A stretch of 63,069 bases of DNA, filler included, from Bigelowiella natans CCMP2755 (Eukaryota > Protista > Cercozoa): the NCBI GenBank assembly GCA_000320545.1. It is 7 parts of 7 records of this genome, joined end to end, with 100 filler letters (N's around TTAATTAATTAA, not from the genome) between each part and the next. Parts side by side here need not be neighbours in the genome. Positions count along the whole stretch, not along the records: positions 1 to 5,682 come from ADNK01000028.1; positions 5,783 to 27,604 come from ADNK01002601.1; 5 more parts are not named here. One strand, written 5' to 3'. Below are positions 1 to 13,265 of this stretch, piece after piece; positions within the stretch are counted from its first letter, which is position 1; every line of letters begins with the position of its first letter. Below the pieces are notes generated by a model. It did no database searches. It was given only the letters and a program-made list of their open reading frames with translations, and had not been told where the DNA came from. Made by a program: the position numbers and the translations under genes.

Positions 1-239
1 GCCCCCCCCCCCCCACCCGCGCGGGTGTTTTTGAGGGGGAGAAAAAGGGAAACCTCCCGCCTTATTGGCCCTTTTTAAAATTTGACATGTTTAATCTTTT
101 TTTAAAAAATACCCCCCCCCCATTTCAAGGACAACAACATTTTGTTATATTTTTTCCGGATTTTTTTTTTCAGAGTTTTTTTTTTCTTTTTTTTCCAAAT
201 TCCCCTTCTTTTTTTTTCCCCCCCCCCCCCCCCTGCTCC

Positions 240-383
240 TCCCTACTGTTTGTCCGTCTCGTGTTATGATGATGGGAATACCGTTCCCTCTGCTGCTGCA
301 TCCTCGAAACTTCGCTGTATGCTTCCTAGCTGACGATATCTGTTGCACAAAACACGGACAAAAAGATGAGCCTGATCAGCACA

Positions 384-420
<37 letters not shown>

Positions 421-1394
421 CATGTCCATTTGTGTGCTTTGGGGACGCCAGAATAAGTGTGGCGGGGGGGTGGGGGGGATAGGGAATAGTCGTAACTGCT
501 CTTGAGTCCCTGATCGTAGCCAGAGAATCCTATTATGCAAACATAAGACAACTCTCCAATCAATAAATATTGCAAGCATTGTCCACACTCGCAACACAAA
601 ACCAGCAGTATCAACTATCATCATCATCGTCGTCGTCATCATCACCTACCACAAGGCATACTCTGCTACTACCTAGCCATGTAGATGTTAAATACGAAGT
701 AGCAGGTGGCAATTATGGACCTACAACCCATGGGCGATAGGAAGGGGGGGGGAAAGACAAAATGTAATTGCTCATGATTATCCTTATCATCACTCTCACC
801 CATCATCCTTGTCATCCTCATCATCGGGAATGTGGTGTTTCCTTCCCTTCTCTCGTTGGGGTGGAATGGGGCAGGGGGGGGGGGGCATGGTGATTCTCAA
901 TTTGTTTTTATCTGGGGCTTACGTGGAGCAAGCGACGCCTAGATCAGTAGTCTCGAATATGAGCAGAAATGATAACAGCGAGTACGACCTGCAAGATATA
1001 TGTACATTTATATAACACAAATATGATAGAGAAGGGATTGCTGATTCTTGTGTGCTGCTGCTGCTGCTCCTCCTGCCTTTAATGCTATACTACCACTGCT
1101 ACTGCCACTGCGCCACCATCTCACTCTATCACATACCCAAGGAGGATGAGAGCGAAGCATTTCCACACAAATAACACCTTGGAAGGGAGAAGGAAGATGT
1201 ATAAGAGGAAGAAGAGGACGGACTGCAATTTTCGTCATCAGTAGGTGGATATGATATCTTATATCTAGGCAGCATCAGTCCATTGCGGTAGATTCTACTA
1301 GTTTGTGTGCTTTCATATCATTGCGGTAGATTCTACTAGTTTGTGTGCTTTCATATCGTCGTCGCTCCCCTCTCTTTTGTGCATATGCACGTCG

Positions 1395-1445
<51 letters not shown>

Positions 1446-2360
1446 TGTTGATGTCGTAATGATAATGAGGATGGCTCATTTGCCCGTCACTCCTCCTACC
1501 AGCATCCAGTGCCGCCGATAAAGCATGAGAATGAACGCGTTATTCATCACAGACACGCAGGTCCAAACCTGGTGATCACGATGATGGCGACGATGACGAC
1601 GACGATATAATGATGACGATGATGATATAATGATGGCGATGATGATATTGATTGGGATGCTGTTGAAAGAAAGGGATTATATATTATTTACCACTCCAAA
1701 GAACGAATTTTGCACAACGCCTGGGAAAAAAGATGAGGGGAGGGGGGGGGGATAGTAAAAAGAGAGAAAACACCATCAGGTCATGTGGAACGCCTACTTG
1801 CTTGAGAAATAAGAATAGAAAGAGGAAGAGGCGGGGTAAAAAGATAGGTTTTCTCCTTCTCCCCTGCTATTCCTAACTGTCAGGAATCAGAACGACGATA
1901 CAGCCTCTACCACTGTAGTAGTAGTAGTAGTAGTATCATTGCTGTCTTCTTCTCCTTTTCTAGCTGTTACTACCCTCGCCATCGACACCGATGCGAACTT
2001 CCGATAGAGCCTGATGAGCACACACGCACACACGCACACAACACATGTGTACTCACTCTTTCTTTCTCCCATATGCCACCTACCCACTGTGCCCTGGCAA
2101 ACGATATCAAGACCGCATCCATGCAAGCAGCATTCGCGAAGCGCACAGGCGTCGTGCAACAGCTCAGTTATCGTTTATGTTGTTTGGCTCACTATTTCTC
2201 TTGCGGCATTTCTACCTGGAGGATCAGGAACGAATAGTTCACCAGCACCTAATAGAAATGACGAGGAAGAAGAAGAAGAAGAAGATGATGATGATGGTGA
2301 TGATGAAGAAGTAGCCATCATGTTTGCCCTTTTCTCTCCCAGAGAAAACAGGTCAAAAGC

Positions 2361-2398
<38 letters not shown>

Positions 2399-2921
2399 GA
2401 TCTCTCCCCTTTCTCTCCTCTCAGTCCCAGACATCCACCATAATTCTAGTGCAGAGCGGATATGCGGTGTGTGTATGTTACCGACCGAGAAGATGATATC
2501 GACAGAACATAGGTATGATAGCTGTTGGAAGGAGAAGGAGAAGAAGAAGGAGGAGGAGGAGGAGGAGGAGGAAAACAAGAACGGGTGATATTGCGAGCAA
2601 CCCTTCGATATTCTCCATGAAATATCACTCTCCATTCTCCATTCGCCTGCTTCCAAGCAGACGCTACTACCACTCTATTTCCGCTATTTCCACTACCACT
2701 ACTACTAGTACCACTACTAGTACTACGACTACTCAGTACATGGTCCCTTTCCTCGTCCGTATGATTCGGGTCCTCATTACTGCTGATTTGTGTGCAGACA
2801 ACGAGCAAGAACACAGGCCAACGACGCGCAACATAGGATCATCATTAATCTCGCAGGATTTGCTTTCTTTCAATGTTCCAACACCCACGCATATTGTAAA
2901 TGTGGCTGTTAAAGGGTGCGC

Positions 2922-3009
<88 letters not shown>

Positions 3010-3191
3010 AGCAGAGAGAGTAGGGATAGAACCTGGAGAGGCCTACTGTCTTCGTGTAGTTGTCTTCGTCTATTTCCTCTTCTTTCGTCAATCTTAGGAT
3101 GGTAGAAGGATGAGAGGGGGGAGGAATAAAGGACATGGAGGAGGGGGGGGTACTTTTCGTGAATGAAAAGAAAGATAAATGCCTGATTCGT

Positions 3192-3230
<39 letters not shown>

Positions 3231-3660
3231 GTCTATGTGTGTGTGTGTGTGTGTGTGTGTGATCATCAATCGCACATCATTCACCACCACCACCAGCAGC
3301 ACCTCTCTTTAAGGTCTTCGTGTTCATCCTGGAGAAGGGAGAAGCTGATCTTCAGATTGTTCTTGACCGTGCTTTTGATATCATTTCCCTTCTTGTTACT
3401 CTTTCTCTGCTGCTGCTGTACCCCCTCCTCCTCCTCCTCCTCCTCCTCCTCCTCCTTCTCCTCTAACCTTCGATATTGATTCGTCCCTTTTGCCATGCCC
3501 CAGCTACTATTACCACTAAAAATCCAGTTGTTACTGTTATTAGGCATCATCCCTGCCATAGATGGCATGCGCCCTCCTCCTCCTCCTCCTCCTTCTCCAT
3601 GACGATGCTTGTTTTCAGCACCACCGCCGGCCAGAGTCGGGATCCTCCCTTATTGATTTT
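240..3660 (-). CDS. Putative exons of unknown function downstream of the sugar porter (long C-terminal extension or a separate gene)
   Basis: Several AG..GT-bounded, non-repetitive open stretches on the minus strand, e.g. VVVASAWKQANGEWRVIFHGEYRRVARNITR (~2585-2680), VWTCVSVMNNAFILMLYRRHWML (~1500-1570) and SYSLLSFLLIFETTDLGVACST (~922-988). No family recognised and frames are uncertain. Confidence 0.35.
1281..1356. repeat. Perfect tandem duplication of a 38-bp unit
   Basis: CATTGCGGTAGATTCTACTAGTTTGTGTGCTTTCATAT occurs twice back to back. Confidence 0.9.
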
Positions 3661-3975
3661 TCGTCAATCAACCAATCAACTCGACAACCACCAACACGAC
3701 GGAATGAATGAATGGAGGAAGACTGCTGCTGCTGCTGCAGGGGGGGGAAAGGAAAAACGACGAACGAATGTGCTATCTAGCGATGCAAGGGGGACAAGAT
3801 TGATGCGTAGCAGTAGCGGTAGTGAACAGAAAGAATGCATTGAGAAGGAGTGGGAGAGAGGGGGGTTAGAAAATGGCCCCGCTCCAATATCTTCGAGCGG
3901 TTGTGCGTGGTTTTTAAAGTGTAGTTGTCGTAGTTGTCGTCGTCGTCATCGTCATTTCCCCTGTCTATTTCCTTA

Positions 3976-4565
3976 CCGCGCTTCTCTTTGCTTCGGTACA
4001 TTCTCTCGCAGAGTCGCTCCACCTGACGATCGAAGAGAAGGGAAACAAATGCTATCAACATCTCCACCCATTCCTATACGTGCGTTTGATTTTGTATGTG
4101 AAAATATCATTGTCTATGTTCGAAATCCCCCTCAAAAAGGACAAGATTTAGGGCGTTAGAGCAACACGTACAGCAGCAAGTGCTCTCCCCCCCCCCCCCC
4201 CCTTCTCTCTCTCTTCCTGTGTGTGTGTGTATGCGTGTTATACATTCACAGCAAAACGATCGAACTGCTACCTCCTCTAATCCACGTCCTTTAGTTTCGG
4301 GTAAGTAGCTTTTGTTGTTGTTGTTGATACATGGTCGTCAATGATAGAGGGGGGGAGGAAACACATTAGGAATAGGTGTGAGTGCTTGGTGGAAAGGGGA
4401 GGGGGAAGAAGAACGGTCATGCGACGAAGATAGCAACATGAACTGTCCTGCTGAAAATGAGTGTATAAACTTCCAACGCAAATAAACTAATGGAGGCGAG
4501 CTAATAATTCACAAAAACAACACTAAAGGAGGATTATTTGTCTCAACTTAATATGCGGTAGAGCA

Positions 4566-4617
<52 letters not shown>

Positions 4618-5549
4618 TAACGTCACACAGACAGAGCATCTTATTACCTCCGTACGAATATGAGCGAGTGCAGGATGCACACACTGAATGCGAAGTACAC
4701 AGCGGTAGCTTCCGACGCTATATATAAGACAGTGTAGTACGCGTCGTCATGTTCCTCACACACACACACACACACACATGATAATCATGATGATATCTCT
4801 TCGAAAAGGAGGCGAAGAACGCCAAGGAGAAACCAAAGGACAAGGCCCTATTACTGGGCGTTGTCCTTATAGGCAACGAGCGAAATTCAGCAGCATTCTC
4901 GTCTTTTGTGTTGGTTTTTTTTTTTCCTCTGCACGCTTCTTCAGGAATGGATTACGAATGCTGTTACAGCATGACCAAGAATTGCTGCAGGGGTAATACT
5001 AACATCGTCGTCGTCGTCATCATCATCATCATCATCATTATACACTTCTACCATATACCTGCGATGAGAGGCACAAAGTAGGCGATCAGGCTCGACATGA
5101 ACTGACACAACCAAGATATTTGATCAAATTACAGTACGTACGTCGAGGAGGAGCCGCTTTGGAGAAAACATAATGAATTTCGAAAGATGATACTCGAAAG
5201 ACAGTGTATGAGAAAGAGGAGGAGGAGGAAAAGGATTATGATTCGGCAAAGAAGTATTTTAACAGCAATTCCTTTCTCCTTCCTACTACCCAATTTGCCG
5301 ACGTAGTCAGAGCGCAGCCTTTCTGACGAAATCTACCAACACCAACACACAGAGAAGGCAAGAGACAGACGATAAATGGCCAACAACAGCAAAACAAGGG
5401 CAACACGGTGCAGAAGGCCTTGCTGTTTCTTCTTTGTGTCATTGCCAACATATCTCTCATCCAGTGTGTGAGAGCTCCACACACACACATGCACATGCAC
5501 ACACCTTAGAGGAATCAATTCAGCGCAGACCAGCCACACCATGCCCCAA
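3976..5549 (-). CDS. MFS sugar porter family transporter, C-terminal exons (TM10-TM12 and tail); 5' part lost at the contig end
   Basis: Spliced exons read WGMVWLVCAELIPLR / FRQKGCALTTSANW / FMSSLIAYFVPLIA / ASEATAVYFAFSVCILHSLIF / YLPETKGRGLEE / VERLCERMY. These match the sugar-porter motifs W-x3-E-x-F-P-x2-R, R-x2-G-x-A-x5-NW and PETKG. Confidence 0.88.
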
Positions 5550-5682
5550 CTAACCAAAGAGGAATATTCGAGAGGATAAATGATGGTCAAAATGATGACG
5601 ACGACAACGATGAGGATGGTGATGATGTTGGTGGTAGTAGCGGTGAGCTGAGAGAATGACGCATTACATATATATATATATA

Positions 5683-5782
5683 NNNNNNNNNNNNNNNNNN
5701 NNNNNNNNNNNNNNNNNNNNNNNNNNTTAATTAATTAANNNNNNNNNNNNNNNNNNNNNNNNNNNNNNNNNNNNNNNNNNNN
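5683..5782. other. Artificial contig linker
   Basis: 44 N + TTAATTAATTAA (stop in all six frames) + 44 N. Confidence 0.99.
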
Positions 5783-6031
5783 CCAGTGGAGACTGATGTC
5801 ATCCCGGGTTTTTGATTGAAAAATTAATTTATTGTTGTGGTCTATCGATATTTGACAACAAATTATGATTTTGAGTTATTCGCGCCTCCCTCCACACAAA
5901 CTCTGTGTGCGCGCCCACGCCCCCCACTAATAGCGCATAGGGACATTGCTCCCCGCCGACCCAAGCCCCCCCCCCCCCCCCCCCTCTCCCCCCCCCTTCG
6001 CCGCCCCAAACCTTCCTACTTTTCATTTCAG

Positions 6032-6547
6032 TGGTCTGCTTGTCGAGGGGTGCGTGAGGTTTTTGGAGGAGAACATGGGCAAATTTATCGAGCCTTGCCT
6101 CCGCCTCGAGGCGAAGGAGAGAGACGAAGACGAAAAACGGAGGGGAGGGGGGGGAGCAAGCGACACTTCCGTCGCCGAGCAGCAATGTCCCCATCCGCCA
6201 TTAGTGCAGGGCGTGAGCGCGCACACACAGTTTCTCCGAAGCGAGGCGCGACTGTTCCTACAGCTACCGAAGGAGCTATTGAAAAACGCGCTTGTCTCTG
6301 GCCGAGTGCGGGTCGAGACGAGGCCCCTCACCGATGCGCTCAAGCTATGGTAGGAGAACAGCGAGCCTGTGTTGTTGTTTGCGGATATGCAGACAATAGT
6401 ATGGGTGGTGGTGGTGGTGGTGGTGGTGGTAATGGTAGTTGTGCTGTCTGATGATGATGATAATGACGGTGATGATTATGATGATGACGATAATGATTGT
6501 TCTGAGCGCCCTGTCGTGACAAAGATTGTTGCCATCATCATAACCAT

Positions 6548-6582
<35 letters not shown>

Positions 6583-7171
6583 CCATCACCACAGGGCTCG
6601 GGCGCAAGTTCGCGCGCGATCGCAGCACACGCAAGCTCAGAGTTCCCGTGGGGGGGAGGTGAAGGATTGCTCTTCTTCTTCCTCGCTGTTGTTCCGCGAA
6701 GGGGAGAGAGTGAAACTGACAGGGCTTCAGGCGCAGCCGCACCTCAATGGCATCGAAGGCGTTGTTCGCGGCGTGGATTCTCGCCGGGGACGACACGTCG
6801 TTCAGGTAACAGCTCATCATCTACAATAAGGATGTTCCACGTGAAAATACCAAAAACCAACTTAGACGACGGCGCGATCGCTGGACGTTTGTGTTGTTCT
6901 TGAACTATATCATCATATGACGTGCACGTAATCATGAAATCCCCAGGTCACGCGAAGGGTGCGACGTTATCACCATCGGCGCTCCCCCTCCTCCTCCTCC
7001 TCCTCCTCCTCCTCCTCCTCCTCCCCCTATCATCCAATGATGATACGCGTGCGACCTAGCAACTTGCAGAGGGTGGTGATGAACATGTCGCAGAAGCAAG
7101 CTGCTGCGGAACTTTTGAAAGATATGGAACCCCCCGATACACTGTTTAATTCTCCCAACCGGTACACTCAC

Positions 7172-7240
<69 letters not shown>

Positions 7241-7370
7241 ATTTGCCTTTCTTCCCCCTTGCTTTATCGCCTCCTCCCACTCCCCTACCCACTCACGATT
7301 TACATGTGCCTGTTGTGGCAGTACGCGCCTGGAGGCCCTGAGCATCATTCGGAGGATTCAAAGAGATTGA
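6032..7370 (+). CDS. BACK-like domain protein with an SH3/KOW-like beta-barrel module; 5' part missing
   Basis: Exons ~6032-6349 (LVEGCVRFLEEN...FLQLPKELLKNALVSGRVRVETRPLTDALKLW, BACK-like), ~6595-6805 (FREGERVKLTGLQAQPHLNGIEGVVRGVDSRRGRHVVQ), ~6947-7161 (MIRVRPSNLQRV) and ~7322-7370 (ends IQRD*). Splice phases are compatible. Confidence 0.65.
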
Positions 7371-7499
7371 TAAAGAAGAAGCAACAGTTTGGCTTTGAGG
7401 CATGGAGTGTTGTTATGACTTCAGGTCCAAAGAGAAAAGCTGATAATTGTACAGAAAAGCTGATCCCCTTCCCCGTATCTGTCGCAACAACATTGTTGA

Positions 7500-7541
<42 letters not shown>

Positions 7542-7779
7542 TTGTATATAGCAACCACGAGCAGGCATTATCTTCCCTTTTCCTCTGCCTTGCCGCTTCT
7601 CTGTACAGTAGTGCGGCTAATAACGCCAGCTTCTTGTGCAGTCGCCCATTGGTGAGAATAACACGTGCGGCCAACAATGACGTATAGAGTATTGCAATTA
7701 GTGTAGTTGATGGAAGAAAAGATATGGTTATCGCCGTACGTTACTTCTCCTTCCTGAGCTACCAGAAGAGTATCAGTAT

Positions 7780-8720
7780 ATTTCACATATGAGGCTAGCA
7801 CTACAGGGGTTAGACATTGCAGGTGGTCGCATCAGAACGCCCAGATCTTAGCCCATCCTGAATGATGCGCCACGAGTTATTCTAGTATGATTGATTCATT
7901 GTATACGAATAATGTCTGTGTGTGTGTGTGTATCTGATACATACATTCACACACACACACACACTTACACACACACACACTTACACACACACACACTTAC
8001 ACACATATGGATGGCCATGCTAGCATGTAAAGTCTATAGATGAAGCAACAATGATGTGTAAATTAGATGCCACAAAGACAACCTTTTATATCTGCGCCCC
8101 GCCGCTCGCCTACTAGCTAGCTAGCCTATTTGACTATCTCTAGATCTAGCTGTAGACACTTCGGCGAGCATTATCGCACTACTAGACTACCTTAGCCATA
8201 TGTTTGCTTGAGCGGGCATGTTAGCATGCCATTAGCATGCATGTCCCAGCTAGCCAGCACCACAAATTGTCGCTATACATCAGCAGATTGCTGTCTACGA
8301 AGCACGATCATTTAAGTTTGAATATCGTTACATGCATGCAGCAGGCTAGCACGTACTGGAGCAGGAGAAACCGTGTTATTGTTAACGTGCATCTAGCTAC
8401 AGCTAGACCAACTGCTAAAAACTGTTGTACTTGATAGCACCCCCCCCGACGACAGCGCACACGCACAGCTAGACAGCTAGCTTTGTCGTTGATTCATCTA
8501 GTCACAGCCAGCACATGTCCGAGCATGTGCATGTGTAGCACTAGGAGTATGATAACGATTAACACACCCGATCGATGTGATTGATTTACATTGAGCCGAA
8601 GATGAGATCGATCAGCCAATGCAGCATTGGGGCAATTCTGTGCAGCACAATAGAGAGACGGAGTAGATGAGCGAAGAATTATGTGGTGAAAGGTGGATAT
8701 TCTCAATCAACTAGCGATAC
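7780..8720. other. CTAG/GCTAGC/GCATGC-rich convergent intergenic region
   Basis: Dense CTAG-containing words (e.g. TACTAGCTAGCTAGCC, TCTAGATCTAGC) between two gene 3' ends. Confidence 0.6.
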
Positions 8721-8827
8721 GACCCACTCCTACCCTCCGAATAATTTGGCCAAAAAATGTTTCTTAAGTCCTGCAATTCCGTCGATAACGCATCGTAGAC
8801 ATGATGATGTATTACACATATAAACTT

Positions 8828-8858
<31 letters not shown>

Positions 8859-8863
8859 TATAT

Positions 8864-8904
<41 letters not shown>

Positions 8905-8967
8905 AACATATTGTGCTCGATGACAACACTGTCACCACACCATATTATCAGCACAATCATCAACCTT

Positions 8968-10579
8968 CTACCTGCTCTTATTCTGAACGATGACCATCGT
9001 CACGACGAGAAAGAATGCGTATTTCAGCACCCGGAATTTCCAAGCGGGGCGCACGGTCTAACACGTCAACGAAACACGCATTTTGCCTCTCACACACACA
9101 AGCGGCGCACACCGGCATGTCACAGCAGCGCAAATCAAGGCAGCAGCATATTTGTGGGCACCACTTCGTCAAGCCACCGTCCAACGCACGTAGCGAGCAG
9201 TATCACTATCATCGTCATCGGTGCGACGGTACCTGGGCAAAGCCGAGAATAGCAACTTTGAGGCTACTGTAGGGCGGATACCGCGCGAAGATGTCCAAGA
9301 CCCTGAGTGATGTTAAAGGAAAGGGGGGGGAAACAAGAAAAGGCGGAGTAGGCGGCAAGGAAATCAACGACAACTCCTAGTGTATGATGATGCGGCCCCC
9401 CACCTCACCCTCACTCCTGCGCATTATTAACTAAGAAGCTTGTCTGGCATGATCCATTTCTTCTTCTTTTTCTTGTTGTTGTTGTTGTTGTTACGTTGTG
9501 TCTGGCCTCCTCAATACAGCCTTCTGGTGGGAGAAGCAATCGAAGGAGAACTTGCCGTGATAGCTCGCAATACCTAGGAATACGCCATGTCTATTTGAAA
9601 TTTGTGTGTGTATGTGTGTGTATGTGTGTGTCTGTCTGTGTCTGTGTGTGCGAGAAAGAGAGAGCGCGCGCATGCTCTTTCTTTTCCTGGAGGAGCGTAA
9701 AGCATAAGATGCATGCATAAATGATGAAGTACTACGTGCTGTACGCACCCGAATGGCCGACGCCCCCGAATGGAAGCTCTTCATTGGTCAGATGAGTTGC
9801 GATCTTGATGTGCGGAACACACACATTATTAGCAAACCGCAGATATCGTGAGCACATGACCCCCCCCCCCCCCCCCCTCGATTACCACTTGTGTGATGGT
9901 TAAATTTTAAAATGTGCTAGCCACGAATGATGCAGCATCTTACAACCTCGTTCACAAGGTAGGCCCCTGAAGACGTATTCTTGAGGAAAATCTCCTTCTC
10001 TGTTGTTTGTGTGGTGCAAAGCATACACGTAGCATTCTAAAGTCAGGATTTTCGAGGGAATAATACCCAGGAGGAAGAAGCTTTTGCGAGATGCGCGCAG
10101 GCATAGATATTCCTCCCCTCCCATCCCCTCCACATATCCTTGTGCAGGTAAAGATAGAGAAGAAGGGGGGGGGAGTAAATTCGATAATATTCTAGGATAT
10201 TATTCTCCACACGTCAAAAATCTCTGCATCCATCAATACATCAATACATAAATGCATGCACATAGAGTACTACCGCGTGTGTCGTTTGAGAAGACATAGA
10301 GGCTCAATGGTTTCTCGCCTTTGTTGATGAACTCCACGACTCTCTCCGCATCCGTGTACTCTACGACGGGGAGAACAGGACCGAAGATCTCTTGCGACAT
10401 CGCCTTGAGATTGTGCAGGGATTGGATTTGATCAGGGGTTGGAGATACACAAAACGCTGCTACGCGGGCGCGTGTGCGTGCAACAGCAATGACAAATAAT
10501 ACACGCTTGCAGCACTTTTCGTAGCGATGATCCGTGTTTTGATTTCATCGCTATGTGTGAATGGATGGCATGCCTTCTT

Positions 10580-10610
<31 letters not shown>

Positions 10611-11367
10611 TTGTTATTATTAATCTCATACCTTAGAAGACTCAAACGATTTCCAGTCGTCTCCGAAGAACAAAACTGTGGGATCGATGTACCTAGTAGA
10701 AGCAGGGGTAGTTAGGTAGTTAGTAGTAGGAGAAGTAATAGGGTGAGGCGGGGGAGAGGACGCGGTGCTGGTCCTGTGATTCTCCTCCTGTACAAGTACA
10801 AATTACCGGGATTTTACGTCGAAGTTGCCCCCAGTGATGATCTTATCCTGCACATCATACAGCACAAAAGCAGATTCATTATTATCTTCAGCATGCACGT
10901 TGTCGCTTGTCCTCTTCTTCTTCTCTCTTCGGTGGCAGTGGCGGTACTGGTGCGTGGAGCTCAGTCATCATGGGTATTGTTACTAACGCGAAGAAACTTG
11001 CTCATCATCATCATCATTATCATCATCATCATTGTCATCATCATCAGGGTCATCGTAAAGACGAACAACGAAGGACCTTCTGGCCTTCCAACATCGAGCT
11101 TACGCGTTGTGTGTGCCTACCATTCACCTGTGTTGTTTATTGGTAGTAGCAGCAGCAGCAGCAGTAGTAGTAGCAGTGGTGGTACTCTTAGCGCACACTC
11201 CTCCTCGACGAATATGTGATCATTATCATCACTATCATCATCATCATCGTCGTCGTCTTCGTCTTCGTCTTTATGCAATGTGAAATGATCTCACAAGCAC
11301 AAGGAATGATACATTGGTAGAGGAGGAATGTTTCCATCTATACAAAAGAATGTGCGCACCACACACA

Positions 11368-11419
<52 letters not shown>

Positions 11420-11507
11420 ACTACTACAACTATAAACTACTAAGACGACCATCCTGCAGAAGAACTTAGAAGCTTTGGCATCGCTCCCTACGCAACATCA
11501 TCATCAC

Positions 11508-11543
<36 letters not shown>

Positions 11544-11875
11544 TATGATCATATCCATTCATTTTCCAACATCAGCCATCAGAGGGAAGCAGTACTAATA
11601 TTGCTGCTACTACTAGTAATTGTAGCAATCAGCTTCTTTGTGCAATATAATAATGATGCTGATGAGCAGATGAGGAAAGCTGCTGTATCGATCCTTACGA
11701 TGATAGCTTCATCAATGCTCCCCATACCATTGCATTCATGATTTCTTCTTATACAACCCCCCCCACCCCCCTACTGCTGCTGTGACAATGACCGTAAAAA
11801 TCCTTGACGTTCTTCACCAATTTCTCACGGAACTTTGTATTGTATATAAGTAAATGAATAAGTACACGCGTGCAC

Positions 11876-11922
<47 letters not shown>

Positions 11923-11982
11923 TCTATGTGTGTGTTTGTGTGCGTATGTATTATGTGGAGAGATGGATGGAAACATATAGAT

Positions 11983-12020
<38 letters not shown>

Positions 12021-13232
12021 AGAGAGAGAGGAGTTGGGATTTATTTGTAAAAGTTATGTAGTGATGATTACCATAACTAAGAGTAGACTTCGGAGGTATA
12101 TTGTGATCATAAGCATACACTAGCATCATCACCATCATCATCATTATCATCATCATCATCATCATCGTTACCTGTTTGGAAATATCCTTATGCACGAAGA
12201 TATGGTCAGGAGCCACACACGTCTGTTTGTACACCAACCACATCAAATCCATCACATATCGGCAGTATTAACTTATTCTCGTTCAACAGCATTGAATCTC
12301 CAGATGGAATCTCCAAAACTAGGCAGAAAATACTAGTGATCTTTGTACTACGACACGGAAAATCGAGGAGGGTTGTTGACAATGACGCGGTGTTCATATA
12401 TTTGTTAAGCGGCAGCAGCATCGTCGTCGTCAATGGCTCTTTGTCTTTGTTGATGATTACCTGTCCTGCATTCATCCACTTTCCCCACGCAATGCGTTTG
12501 GTAGCGACCTTTGCACGCACACACACACACACACACACTCACTCACTCACTCATGTATTTACTCTATTTGAATAAAGAGGATGCAATAAATCGGCGTGGT
12601 TTCGCTTGTATCGTACCTCCAAATTGGACGTCTTCCCGATGATCGTGGGGCATTTCCCTCCCCTGTATAAGGACAACAATATTCGGCGTGTGCATGTGTT
12701 GGGGAGGGGGGGGTGATGATTTGATGTATATACATATAGTACGCGGAAATTATGCATGCTATATCTTTACAATGATGCAGTTGCAATGAATTTGAATAAA
12801 CACGCGAACAGCCTCCGTTTTCTGCCCTGCGACAAGAACCAGTTTCTACTCTTCGTGCGTGTTCATGCCATCATCAAGGCGCGATGATGCTGCAAGGTAC
12901 TAGCGGTTGTCGTACATTTCCAAGCACACTGGGGTGAGGTGGTTAGCAGCAGCCTGCAACATTCAATGCGAGTGAATACATATTCTAACGAAATAGAAGA
13001 AATTATGTACTGACGCACTAACGGGAAAACGCCCCCTATAACTGGTAGAGGATACGGCGAAGTATTTGGAATAATGAAGCGACAAGATAGAAAATATGAA
13101 CGCAATAAATGTTACTATATTCAACGTAAACTACTACTACCTCATACACAATCCTCCCAACAATATCAGACCCCGTGTAGAAAACCTGTTTGCCACCACA
13201 ATGATAGAAGTGATGATAACGACGACGAAGAC

Positions 13233-13265
<33 letters not shown>

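Noticed and set aside
1-235. Homopolymer-rich contig start (similar to ~59420-59716)
   Set aside because: Looks like low-quality read-end sequence; no feature can be supported.
1281-1356. 38-bp tandem duplication as a regulatory element
   Set aside because: Only two copies in a probable intron; consistent with ordinary slippage or an assembly artefact.
5683-5782. TTAATTAATTAA motif recurring six times
   Set aside because: Always centred in identical N runs; an artificial contig linker. Adjacency across linkers is not biological evidence.
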